NCBI GenBank assembly: GCA_963835415.1
Contig: CAWIFZ010000007.1
Location: 5,358-69,357, forward strand
Reading direction: 5' to 3'
Origin: an uncultured Actinomycetes bacterium
GTDB taxonomy: Bacteria > Actinomycetota > UBA4738 > HRBIN12
Length of the DNA stretch: 64,000 nucleotides
Shown here: in pieces, positions 7,581 to 17,230 of the stretch
Position numbering within the stretch: position 1 is the first letter of the stretch
Layout of the letters: each line of letters opens with the position of its first letter
Made by a program: the position numbers and the translations under genes
The notes under the pieces: model-generated
The model's database searches: none
The model's input: the letters and a program-made list of their open reading frames with translations, nothing else
Told to the model about the DNA's origin: nothing

Positions 7581-9278
7581 TCAGGTGAGGCCGTGTTCGA
7601 ACGCGTAGGCCGTCGCCGCGGATCGCGACGACACGCCGAGCTTCGCGTAGAGGTTCTGCAGGTGCCGTCCCACGGTGTGCTGGCTGATCACCAGCTCCAC
7701 CGCGATGTCGTGGTTCGTCTTGCCCGACGCGAGCAGGCGCAGGACCTCGGCCTCCCGCGCGGTGAGCCCGGCCGGCAGCGCGTCGGGCGTCCCCAACAGG
7801 ATCGCGACCTCGCCGGCGTCCCGCATCGCGCCCAGCCGCTCGAAGCCCGCGAGCGCGGCGCGGAGCTCGAGGGTCGAACCCTCTTCGTCCCCGGCGGCGG
7901 CGAGCGCGCGCGCGAACCGCACCCGGGCGCGCGACGCCTCGTACGGCAGGCGCAGCTCCTGCCATCCGTTCCACGCCTCTCGGAGGCGAGCCAGAGCGCC
8001 GTCGACGTCACCGGTCGCGAGCGCGACCGACCCGGCCGCCTCGGCCGCCTGCGCGACGAACGCCGGCGTCTGCGTCTCCTCCGCGATCCGACCGAGCTCC
8101 GCCGCGGACGCGTGTGCGTCGTCGATCGATCCGCCGGCAAGCGCGATCTCGACGTTCGCCGCGTGCAGCCGCACCCGATGGGGACGGGCGGGGCCGGCCG
8201 CGCCCAGCGCCGCGGTGATCGCGGCCCGCGCGGCGGGCTGCTTGCCCTGCGCGAGCCGCAACAGCGCGAGACCGGGCTGCGGATCCTCGCCCAGCTCGTG
8301 CGCCTTGGTGTACGCGGTCTCTGCGGCGGTCAGGTCGCCGCGGCGGCGCCGGATCTCGGCCAGCTGCAGGAAGGCCGCCGCTGCGAAGGCCGATACCCCG
8401 TCGACGAGCAGCAGTTCGTCGCAGGCGCGCTCGGCCTCGACCTCCGCCTCGCCCCACGCGCCACGCAGGCGCGCGACCTCCGCCCGGTTCGCCCGGCACG
8501 CCCCGGGGAACGGCGAGTCCGGAGGGATCGTGGCGCACCAGGCCGCAGCGGCATCGCTCCATTCGCCGGCGCGTCGCAGGTCGCCGATGGCGAGGCACGC
8601 CGAGAGCAAACTGCAGTAGATGACCCCCGTGAAGTACGGCCCCACCTCACCGGCCACGGTGGCGGCCATCGCCTCGTCCAGCAGCGCGAGGCCCTCCGCG
8701 ACGCGGCCGGCGTCGATCATCGCGAGCCCTTGCGTGTGGACCGCGAGCGCGACGAGCTCGGGGTCGCCTACCTCGCGCCCGATCCGGATCCCGTCGGCGC
8801 TCCGCGCGAGCGCGCCGTCCAGATCGCCGGAGAACAGCGCGACGGTGGCCTCGAGCGTGGCCATGTAGCCCTGCTCGGGGCCGGGGGGAAGCACCGCAAC
8901 ATGTCGTTGCGCGCGCATCAGGAAACCGCCACCTACCGAGGGCTCGCCGCGAAGGAAGTGATCGATCGCCAGTCGTGCGGCCGCCGCTCCCGCCGCCGAG
9001 TCGTTCCCCTCGGCGTCGTACGAGGCGTACGCCTCCTTACGGATCTCTGAGGCTTCGGGGAGCTTCGAGCACCACCAGGCCGCGTCGGCGAAGGCCTCCA
9101 GGTCGGCGCCCGTCATCGCCGCGCGATCCACGTCGTGGAACGCGGCATAGGCGTCGGCCCAATCCTGGCCTGCCACCGCCGCCCGGGCTCGTTCGATCGC
9201 GGTCTCCGGCATCGCTCCCTCGGGGTTCGTGCGACGCAAGCGTAGCGACTCCGGTCCGTTCGGCGAGCGGGGAGTCAT
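7581..9278 (-). CDS. LuxR family transcriptional regulator with TPR-like helical repeats
   Basis: C-terminal LTAREAEVLRLLASGKTNHDIAVELVISQHTVGRHLQNLYAKLGV. Long Ala/Leu-rich helical repeats and no P-loop. The ATG at 9278 forms ATGA with the reconstructed upstream cyclase stop. Alternative ATG at 9212 has SD GAGGGAG. Confidence 0.85.
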   Translation of the reverse strand: MTPRSPNGPESLRLRRTNPEGAMPETAIERARAAVAGQDWADAYAAFHDVDRAAMTGADLEAFADAAWWCSKLPEASEIRKEAYASYDAEGNDSAAGAAAARLAIDHFLRGEPSVGGGFLMRAQRHVAVLPPGPEQGYMATLEATVALFSGDLDGALARSADGIRIGREVGDPELVALAVHTQGLAMIDAGRVAEGLALLDEAMAATVAGEVGPYFTGVIYCSLLSACLAIGDLRRAGEWSDAAAAWCATIPPDSPFPGACRANRAEVARLRGAWGEAEVEAERACDELLLVDGVSAFAAAAFLQLAEIRRRRGDLTAAETAYTKAHELGEDPQPGLALLRLAQGKQPAARAAITAALGAAGPARPHRVRLHAANVEIALAGGSIDDAHASAAELGRIAEETQTPAFVAQAAEAAGSVALATGDVDGALARLREAWNGWQELRLPYEASRARVRFARALAAAGDEEGSTLELRAALAGFERLGAMRDAGEVAILLGTPDALPAGLTAREAEVLRLLASGKTNHDIAVELVISQHTVGRHLQNLYAKLGVSSRSAATAYAFEHGLT

Positions 9279-10110
9279 GCCGAGCCGGCGATCCGAGGTG
9301 GCGGGAAGTCGGCCGGAGGCCCTTCGCCACCACCTGGAACAAGGACTCGTCCTTCGGGAGCCCGGGCAGCGGATGCCGACCGAGGCTCCGAAGACGGACG
9401 CCCGCGGGCATGGCGCCCTTCACGGCCCGCTTGGTCTGCTCGGAGACGAGGATCTGGCCGCCGTGCCCGGCCGAGCAGATCCGCGCGACCGTGTGCACCG
9501 ACAGGCCCACGTACCCGGTGTCGGTCAGGGTCGGCCGACCGCCGTGGATCCCCGCTCGGACGCGAACGTCGACCCCGTCCGGCCACGTGTGCTCGCCGAA
9601 CATCCGCTGGATCGCGAGCGCCGCGTCGAGCGCGTCGGACGCTCGCCCGAAGCTGGCGAAGTACTCGTCGGCGTGCGCATCGACCTCGTGACCACCGGAG
9701 GATCGGACGGCACGGCGCAGGACCTTCCGCGTCTCGCTCAGCACCGACGGGTAGCGACGTCCAAGCCGGCGGAGGAGTTCGGTCGAGCCCTCGATGTCGG
9801 TCATGAGGAACGTGACTGAGCCCGTCGGAAGCGCCTTGCGGTCGGCCGGCCTCGGCGCGCGCTCCGATCGGATCTGTCCGGTGATGAACCCCACGGGAAC
9901 GATGCCGTAGCGCTTGGCCGCCTTGAGGAGGCGGATGCGCGCACGTTCCCGCGCTTCGTCGCTTTCGAACGCGACACGTTCGAACCGCGCGAGGGCGTTG
10001 CGCACGTGCGGCTCGTCGTTGATCGGAAGCCGTCGTCGCCCCTTCGCGTCGATGTAGGCGAACGCGCTGTCCGGCAGTTCCTTCCGCTCCGAGGTCTTGA
10101 GCCGAGCCAT
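9275..10110 (-). pseudogene. DUF6582-like N-terminal domain fused to class III nucleotidyl cyclase; frameshifted near 9318
   Basis: MARLKTSERKELPDSAFAYID...HVRNALARF, then FLMTDIEGST and VHTVARI. After FQVVAKG the conserved tail PADFPPPRIAGSA-stop is in the -1 frame (CC where CCC would restore it). Length is 836 nt, not a multiple of 3. Confidence 0.75.
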
Positions 10111-10122
10111 CGACCGACGATA
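10108..10122 (-). promoter_or_regulatory. TATCGT -10 hexamer 6 nt upstream of ATG (putative leaderless start)
   Basis: Coding strand reads TATCGT-cggtcg-ATG. No SD present. Confidence 0.4.
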
Positions 10123-10261
10123 CTGCCCAGCCACGACACCAAGCGAGGCAACGTTCGCGCGGGCGAGCCTTTCCCTCCCGGTGTGTTCGACCCTAGGCTG
10201 TCGATGCCGGAGTCCGACGCTGCAGAACGGATCGACGAGTTCCGCCGAGGGAGAACGCGCG

Positions 10262-10668
10262 ATGGGGAAGAAGGCACGCAAGGGCATCACGGCCAAAGAG
10301 CCGCCCGTGCCGACGGACAGCCACGCCGATATCGAGGACTGGATGATCAGGCTCGTGATGCCGGAGATGCATCCCATCGTGGAGCGGCTGGACGGATCGA
10401 TCCGCGAGACGATCCCGGGGCTCCAGTACGCCATCAAGTGGAAGCAGGCGTACTACGGGTTGCCAGACCTCGGGTGGATCATCGAGATCGCCGCCTACAC
10501 CGTCTCCGTGAATGTCTCCTTCCTCGGCGGCGCGGACTTCGACCCTCCTCCTCCGCTCGGAACGACGGATCGGAGCCGCTACGTCAAGCGACGACCCTGG
10601 AGGAGGCGCATGGACCGGAGATGCACGGGTGGATCGAACAAGCGGGGCGCGTGCAGGGTTGGAAATGA
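10262..10668 (+). pseudogene. DUF1801 (YdhG-like) domain protein; frameshifted near 10588
   Basis: MGKKARKG...IKWKQAYYGLPDLGWIIEIAAYTVSVNVSF...RYVK in one frame. The family-typical tail ATTLEEAHGPEMHGWIEQAGRVQGWK-stop is in another frame. Length is 407 nt. Confidence 0.7.
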
Positions 10669-10712
10669 GCGGCGCCAGTGACCCTTGTCACGCCTCCGAC
10701 CAGCATCACCGC

Positions 10713-12288
10713 CTACTCCAGGTAGCCCAGGCCGCGGAGGTGCTCTTCCATCTCGTCGGCCTCGGTGTCGCTGACGGTCTGCTCCTCGTCGGCGACGTCC
10801 ACGGTGCCGGCGACGGCCTCGGACTTCACGGACGCCTCGGAGCCGACGACGTTCGAGAGCACCGAGCCCGTGTGCTTGATGCCGGCGGGCGCGTCGAGCG
10901 CGGCCAGCATCGTCGGGGCCATGTCGATCAGGTACGGCGTCGACGTGAACGGCGTCACGGCGGGTCCGGCCGCCACGATCACGCCGTCCATGCGGTGGTC
11001 GCCGCTCACCCAGTCGGCGTCCTCGATCGCGGACTTCGCGTGGGTGAGGCTGTAGCCCTCGTTCGGCTCCATCAGGATGTCGGGCGCGGTGTCGGCGTGC
11101 TTGCCCTTGAACACGTCCTCGCGCTTGTAGATCGCCTTCACGGGCTTCTTGCCGGTCTTCGGGATCGACGAACGACGCGAGCCGGTCCATCACGTCGCCG
11201 CGCACCCGCTCGAAGTCGGCCGGGTCCACGATGCCGTCCACGTCGCGGCCGGCCAGGTTGATGCTGACGCCCTCACCGGTGGAGCGGATCGTCGTGTACG
11301 CCTGCGTCTTCGCCCAGTTCACGGACTGCGGGAGGCTGACCTTGCCGTGCAGGCCGAGCAGGTCGTACACCTTGCGCGCGACGTTGCGCACCGGTCCCCA
11401 CTGCATCGGGCCGAAGATCGCGTTCGAGGCCGAGAACTCCAGGTAGCCGAACTGGTGCAGCAGGTGGTCCATGTGCAGCGCGCGCGTGCAGCTCTGGAAC
11501 CCGTGGTCGCTGATGAACAGGATCAGGTCGTCGGGCTTGGAGCGCGACAGGAACGAGCCGATCGCGTCGTCGAGCTGCTTGTAGATGCTGCGCGTCTTGG
11601 CGCCGATCGCGGTGGTGGTGTTCTTCGCGAAGTCGGGATGGTCGGGGGCGACGTAGTTCGACAGGCAGTGCTGCGTGCGGTCGACGCTCACCCAGACCGT
11701 GGCGAACAGGTCCCACTCGGTGTTGTCCATCAGCCACTCGCTGGCCTTGATCCGCTTGCCGGTGACCGCGAGCGCCTCGTCCAGGTAGGCGTCGGGCCGG
11801 TTGCGGTACGTGGTCCAGCTCATGCCGTTGATCGGCCACTCCAGGCCGGCCTTCTGCAGCGTGTCCTGGAGGTCGGCGGGGTAGCTGACGCTGCGGCCCT
11901 TCGGCAGGACGCCGCCGGCGATCAGGTTCCCGGTGATGTCGGGCGGCGGGAACGTGAGCGGGACGTCCAGCAGGAGCTGCTGCTTGCCGGCCGCGGTGAG
12001 GTCGGCCAGGAACGTGCGTTCCTTGATCGACTTGTAGGTGACCGGGTACGCCTTGTGGGTGCCGGGGACGGTCTCGAGGATGTCGTAGACGCCGTGGTCG
12101 GCCGGGTCGACGCCGGTCAGGAAGCTCGGCCACGCGGCCCACGAGTGCGTGGGGACCGTGGACTTCAGGACGCTCTTCTGCCCCCGGTCGATCAGCGCCT
12201 GCAGGTTCGGCAGGTCGCCGCGCTCGAGGAGCGGGTCGAGGATGCGCCAATCGGCGCCATCCCACGCGATCAGGATCACTCTGGACAT
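10713..12288 (-). pseudogene. Alkaline-phosphatase-superfamily protein (type I phosphodiesterase/nucleotide pyrophosphatase); frameshifted near 11168
   Basis: MSRVILIAWDGADWRIL...VPTHSWAAWPSFLTG...LILFISDHGF continues in another frame as KAIYKREDVFKGKHADTAPDILMEPNEGYSL...EEHLRGLGYLE. Confidence 0.8.
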
Positions 12289-12485
12289 GCGGAAGCGACC
12301 TCTCTAGCTACAGTGACGGACCGACGGAGTGTACAGAAGGGTGCGCCAGTACCCTCGTTGCGACACCGCGCCCAGTCTGCGAGATTCCTGGGTCGGACGC
12401 ACATGACGCAGACCCTGAGGCGTGTCGTGCATCGGTTTGCCGGCTTCGCAGATGATGGCTCCGCTGAGGAGACCCGGACCACACG

Positions 12486-13388
12486 ATGAGAAAGCAAGCG
12501 TTCCTTCTCTTGGCCTTGGGCATGGCGATCAGCGGCGTCGCTTGCACGGGCGGGAATTCCGGCGGCCCATCAGCGCCCGCTCCCGTCCCGCCTCGCGTGG
12601 AACTCGGGATCGTGTACGCATCGCCGGACGGCGTTCCGTTGAAGCTCGACGCGTACCTACCCGGCTCACCAGGACCGCACCCGGGCGTGATCCTGATCCA
12701 CGGCGGGGCATTCAGGACCGGCGGGCGCGGGTGGGAGAGGTATCTGGCCACCGCCTTGGTCGACGCGGGCTTTGCGGCGTTCTCCATCGACTACCGTCTC
12801 GCGCCGGAGTTCCCGTTCCCGGCGGCCGTCGACGACGTCCTCGCGGCCGTCGCATGGGTCCGGGCCCACGCGGCCGAGTACGGCGTCGACTCCAGGGAGC
12901 TCGGCGCGATCGGCGAATCCGCGGGCGGGCATCTCGCCGCGATGCTCGCGGTGCTCGGGAGGGACTCCCTCGACACGGGCTCGAGGATCGCCGCAGCCGT
13001 GTCCTGGTCGGGTCCGATGGATCTGCACGCGCTCGTGCGAGACGCCGGGGATGTCGTGACCGGCGGCCTGACGATCAGGGGCGACGTCGTCGAACCGTTC
13101 CTTGGATGCCGCGGGGTCTCGTGCGCGCGTCTGTTCCCGAAAGCATCGCCGGTCACGTTCGTCGACCCTTCCGATGCGCCGATGCTCCTGGTGAACTCGG
13201 CGGAAGAGTTCATCCCGATCGCGCAGGCGAGGGAGATGGCGGCCGAGCTGCGTCGGGCGGGGGTATCGGTCCGGGTCATCGAGATGCCGGGCGCCAAGCA
13301 CGCCGGGGAGTACGCGAACGACCCCGTCGTCGGGTACTCAGGCACCGTTCTCGATGTCGCGATCGCGTTCCTTCGCTCAGAGCTGTGA
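12486..13388 (+). CDS. Alpha/beta hydrolase (esterase/lipase), probable lipoprotein
   Basis: Signal peptide and lipobox-like LALGMAISGVAC. HGGAF oxyanion motif, nucleophile elbow GESAGG, catalytic region PGAKHAG. Confidence 0.85.
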   Translation: MRKQAFLLLALGMAISGVACTGGNSGGPSAPAPVPPRVELGIVYASPDGVPLKLDAYLPGSPGPHPGVILIHGGAFRTGGRGWERYLATALVDAGFAAFSIDYRLAPEFPFPAAVDDVLAAVAWVRAHAAEYGVDSRELGAIGESAGGHLAAMLAVLGRDSLDTGSRIAAAVSWSGPMDLHALVRDAGDVVTGGLTIRGDVVEPFLGCRGVSCARLFPKASPVTFVDPSDAPMLLVNSAEEFIPIAQAREMAAELRRAGVSVRVIEMPGAKHAGEYANDPVVGYSGTVLDVAIAFLRSEL

Positions 13389-13430
13389 CCCGGGCGCGAG
13401 GCCGGCCGCGGGGCGCGGGCAGTGTCGATA

Positions 13431-13736
13431 TCAGGGACGCGGGATACGCACCCGCGCACCTAGCTCGTTACAGAGCTGGCACTGGATATCGCTGTAACTG
13501 AGGTCACGGGTCATGTCGTGCAGGGAGCCGTTGTACGTTTGGAAGCTCTTGTAGTGCTCGGTGGCAGACGGGTGTCGGTGCTTGCGCCGCCAGTGAAGCC
13601 AAGCCCGAGCGCGAGTCGATCCCTTCATACGTCCAGGGTACTTGAGCCCCCCGAGTAGCTGAGCAGCCATGCGCTGGTGACAATGTCCAGTTCGGGTGTG
13701 TGAGACTTCGCCTTGACGTGACACTCCATTTCCCAA
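13431..13736 (-). other. Low-GC segment with degenerate ORF fragments; possible relic of a mobile-element gene
   Basis: GC about 57% against about 70% background. The 101-aa ORF (…AWLHWRRKHRHPS…YNGSLHD…ARVRIPRP) and an adjoining out-of-frame piece vaguely recall C-termini of group II intron-type RT/maturases. No intact domain. Confidence 0.3.
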
Positions 13737-14473
13737 CGCGTGCCGAGCGGCCCGGCGCTCTGCCTCACGCGGACAGCCTTGCGGCTCCGGATCCTGCGTT
13801 CATGAACGAGGGGGCCGTCTTGAAGCGACTGTTCGAGCGCGTGGTCGCCGAGTATGCGGAGTTCCTGTTCTACGCCTGGGACGACGAGCGCGAGGAAGTC
13901 ATCGGCGTCGGACACGCGATCCCCGCGGCATGGGATGGAGACATCGCGAGTCTTCCCGACGGGGGATTCGACGCGGTGATCGAGGCGCGATTCGCTCCGG
14001 AACCGCTGGCGCCGACCGTCCTCTGCGCGCTGGGCATCACGATCGCTCCCGAGTATCGCGGCCAGGGCCTCAGCCGCCGCATGATCGAGAGGATGGCCGA
14101 GATCGGTCGCGACCACGGTCTGGACACACTGATCGCACCCGTGCGGCCGACCCTGAAGCACCGTTATCCACTGACTCCGATCGACCGCTACCTCTCGTGG
14201 CGGCGGCCGGACCGCACCCATTTCGACCCCTGGCTGAGAACACACGAGCGGCTCGGCGCCGACATCGTCAAGGTCGCCCCGAGATCGGTGGTCGTCACCG
14301 GCAACGTGGCGGAGTGGGAGGGATGGACGGAGATGGCGCTTCCGGAGAGCGGCGCATACGTCGTGTCAGGTGCGCTCGTGCCGATCGAGATCGACCGTGA
14401 GCGGGACGAAGGCGTCTACGTGGAGCCGAACGTGTGGATGGTGCACCCACCACCGCGGGCCACCAAGCCCTAG
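13718..14473 (+). CDS. GNAT family N-acetyltransferase (start uncertain)
   Basis: ITIAPEYRGQGLSRRMIERMAEIGRDHGLDTLIAPVRP...FDPWLRTHERLGA...EPNVWMVH. Candidate starts are GTG 13700, GTG 13718 and ATG 13802. The N-terminus abuts the low-GC relic. Confidence 0.7.
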   Translation: MTLHFPTRAERPGALPHADSLAAPDPAFMNEGAVLKRLFERVVAEYAEFLFYAWDDEREEVIGVGHAIPAAWDGDIASLPDGGFDAVIEARFAPEPLAPTVLCALGITIAPEYRGQGLSRRMIERMAEIGRDHGLDTLIAPVRPTLKHRYPLTPIDRYLSWRRPDRTHFDPWLRTHERLGADIVKVAPRSVVVTGNVAEWEGWTEMALPESGAYVVSGALVPIEIDRERDEGVYVEPNVWMVHPPPRATKP

Positions 14474-14525
14474 GCTGGGCGACCGTGACCTCGATCGACG
14501 TCCCCGGATAAGCGATGTCGGCCGG

Positions 14526-15114
14526 TCATCGCGGCAGCGGGTTCGGGCCGGTGGCCGTGACCAGTCGCTGCGGCACCCAGTCATCGACGTGCTTGAAGCC
14601 CTCGAAGCGCCCTTCCTCGTCCTCGACGACATCGAAGAAGGAGCGCCGGTAGAACTTCACGTGGGTGAAGTCCTCGAACAGCACGTAGACCGGCTCGACC
14701 TCGGGACTCTGGAACTGCTGACCGGTGAGCACGGCCCGATGCATCCGCGAGAAGTCGTCGAAGTCGTCACCGACGACGACCCCGAGGTGCTCGAGCCCCA
14801 TCCGGTAGACGCGCTGGTGAACGGGCGGGATGAGCTCGATGCGCGACACCGGAAGCCCCGTCGAGGACATCGAGCGGCTCGGCGAGCACGATCAAGGAGA
14901 TCGGACGCCCGTTCCAGACGTTCTCGCGGTTCGTTCTCGCATGTCGCTCGAGAAGGGTGCGCTGTTGGACGTACAGGTCCCAATCGGCGACGCGGACGGC
15001 GAGGTGGCTGAGCGGGTAGGGTGCGATGTCGATGCCGCGGGCAACGAGACGGTCGCGCTGCATCGCCGCGAACGCTCGATAGTCCCCGATGATGTCCGCG
15101 ATCGGATCCGCCAT
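14526..15114 (-). pseudogene. YecM-like VOC-superfamily metalloprotein; frameshifted near 14868
   Basis: WNGRPISLIVLAEPLDV then, in another frame, GLPVSRIELIPPVHQRVYRMGLEHLGVVVG. This parallels E. coli YecM INGRPICLFKLHEPVQV...IVELPWPGEKRYPHEGWEHIEIVL. Confidence 0.75.
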
Positions 15115-15185
15115 CGTTGGAACGCCTCCTCCCGGCGCATCCTATGTGAGCGGCCGACGCCCGACCGGTCGAGACGGACGGAAGG

Positions 15186-16152
15186 ATGACGGACCTGTAC
15201 CCGAGGATCGATCCCCACCGGCACGGGATGCTCGACGTCGGAGACGGCAACCGCGTGTACTGGGAGACGTGCGGCGACCCGCTCGGCAAGCCTGTCGTGG
15301 TGCTCCACGGGGGTCCGGGGTCCGGGTGCACGACCTGGCACCCGCGGTTCTTCGACCCCGCCGCGTATCGCGTCGTGCTCTTCGATCAGCGCGGGTGCGG
15401 ACGGAGCACGCCACACGCCTCCCAGCCCGACATCGATCTCGCGAGCAACACGACACCACACCTCATCGCGGACATCGAGCGTCTCCGTGAGCATCTGGAC
15501 ATCGAGCGATGGCTCGTCTGGGGAGGTTCCTGGGGCAGCACGTTGGCGCTGGCGTACGCCGAGTCCCACCCGGCACGGGTGACGGAGATGATCCTGTGGG
15601 GCATCACCACCGGAAGGCGCGTCGAGGCCGACTGGCTCTTCCGCGGCGGCGTATCGCCGTTGTTCCCCGAACAGTGGGCGAACCTCCGTGCCGCGCTTCC
15701 GGCCGGCGAACGCGACGGCGACATCGTCGAGGCGTACTCGGCGATGCTGCACGACCGGGATCCGGACGTCCGTCGACGCGCGGCGGTGGCGTGGTGCATG
15801 TGGGAGTCCGCCACACCCGACTGGCCCCCGAACCCCACGCGGCTCGCGAGCACGCTACGAGGACCCCGACTTCGCGCTCGCGTTCGCCCGTCTGGTGACG
15901 CACTACGTGCGCCACGATGACTTCCTCGAGGATGGGATCCTGCTCCGCGACGCCCACCTCCTGGCCGACATCCCGGGGGTGCTCGTGAACGGGCGGTTCG
16001 ACCTGCAGGCGCCGGTGGCGAACGCGTGGGAGCTCGCCCGCGCGTGGCCACAGGCGGAGCTCGTCATCGTCGACGACGCGGGCCATGGCCCCGACGACCC
16101 CGGCATGACGGACGCGCTGATCCGCGCATCCGATCGGTTCGCGCGCGGGTGA
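15186..16152 (+). pseudogene. pip: Prolyl aminopeptidase (proline iminopeptidase); frameshifted near 15845
   Basis: GKPVVVLHGGPGSG, FDQRGCGRS, nucleophile GGSWGSTLALAY. After WESATPDWPP the conserved RYEDPDFALAFARLVTHYVRH...DAGH continues in another frame. Confidence 0.8.
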
Positions 16153-16163
16153 CTTCCTGAGGG

Positions 16164-16727
16164 TTACCGCGCCACGCGGTAGCGGAGGTAGACGACTCCC
16201 GAGCTGAAGGTGCGGGTCTCGACGAGTTCGAGATCCACCCGGCGCTCGCGCTGGGGGAAGAACGGGATGCCGCCGCCCACCAGCACCGGGTAGACCCTGG
16301 GCCGGTACTCGTCGATCAGACCCAACGCGGCCGCCTCGGCGGCGAGCGTCGCGCCGCCGATCGCGATCTCGCCCTCCCCCGGCTCGGCTCGCAACCGCTC
16401 GATCTCGTCCGCTAGGCCGCCGGAGGCCAGACGCGCGTTGCCCTGCACCGCCGACAGCGTGGTGGAGAACACCACCTTGGGGAGGGGATTCCAGAGCGCG
16501 GCCCACTCCAGCTCGGCGGCGCTGAGCGATCGATCCTGGTCGGCGGTCTCCCAGTACAGCATCGTCTCGTACAAGCGTCGGCCCATCAGGTGGACGCCGA
16601 CGCTGCGGATCTCGTCGATGTGGGACTGAAACACCTCCTCGTCGAACCCGGGCCAGTCGAAGCCGCCGTCCGGTCCGACGATGTAGCCGTCAAGTGAGAC
16701 GCCCATCGAATAGGTCACGCTGCGCAT
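16164..16727 (-). CDS. Dihydrofolate reductase family protein (RibD C-terminal domain)
   Basis: MRSVTYSMGVSLDGYIVGPDGGFDW...HLMGRRLYETM...IAIGGATLAAEAAALGLIDEYRPRVYPVLVGGGIPFF. Paralog of 3250-3837. Confidence 0.85.
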   Translation of the reverse strand: MRSVTYSMGVSLDGYIVGPDGGFDWPGFDEEVFQSHIDEIRSVGVHLMGRRLYETMLYWETADQDRSLSAAELEWAALWNPLPKVVFSTTLSAVQGNARLASGGLADEIERLRAEPGEGEIAIGGATLAAEAAALGLIDEYRPRVYPVLVGGGIPFFPQRERRVDLELVETRTFSSGVVYLRYRVAR

Positions 16728-16831
16728 CTGCGATCCTCCTCGGTGCCTGTGAAGTGAGGCGATTCGACGACCGCGAACCCGCCGATCACCTTCTTGGTCT
16801 CACGGTACGGGCCGTCGGTGATCGTCCCCGT
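16715..16831 (-). pseudogene. Relic of a YciI/DGPF gene (central about 22 codons only)
   Basis: GTITDGPYRETKKVIGGFAVV matches the core of the neighbouring paralog (GTITDGPYPETKEVIGGFAVV). It has no N-terminus and diverges into a stop. It overlaps the start region of the DHFR-like gene. Confidence 0.5.
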
Positions 16832-17196
16832 TAAGAGATCTCGGGACGTTGTAAGGGGACCTGGAAACGTCGCACCTCCTGGGGCCAACCGCAGGCCACC
16901 GCGACCTTTCCCGCCCACAGCCGCGCCTCCGCCTCGTCGGCCACATCTACGAGGGCGAAGCCGCCGAGGTGCTCCTTGGACTCGACGTACGGGCCGTCGG
17001 TGAACAGTGGCGTTCCGCTCGACGCATCGACGTTGAACACCGGGGCATCGTCGTCCAGGCCGTTCGTGTAGATGAGGACGCCGGCATCCTTCATCTCTGC
17101 GCGCAACGCTCTGACGGCCTTGCCCCTCTCGCGCAGCTCCTCGTCCGTGATGTCGGGCACCCACTCGCTGTTGAAGGCGATGAGGTACTCGGTCAT
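16831..17196 (-). CDS. YciI/DGPF family protein
   Basis: 121 aa: MTEYLIAFNSEW...FTDGPYVESKEHLGGFALVDVADEAEARLWAGKVAVAC. Confidence 0.85.
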   Translation of the reverse strand: MTEYLIAFNSEWVPDITDEELRERGKAVRALRAEMKDAGVLIYTNGLDDDAPVFNVDASSGTPLFTDGPYVESKEHLGGFALVDVADEAEARLWAGKVAVACGWPQEVRRFQVPLQRPEIS

Positions 17197-17230
17197 GTCT
17201 CCTCCTTCTGGTTTGGCCGGGCTTCATCGA

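Noticed and set aside
9037-9274. As-called 3' extension of the cyclase ORF, running 240 nt into the LuxR gene
   Set aside because: The extension is Gly/Arg/Pro-rich. The family-typical DFPPPR tail and a stop that forms ATGA with the LuxR start are found in the adjacent frame.
13389-13430. GC-rich stretch after the esterase stop, considered as a rho-independent terminator
   Set aside because: I could not draw a clean stem. There is only a GGCCGGCC self-palindrome and 4-bp GCGC pairings, and no U-tract follows.
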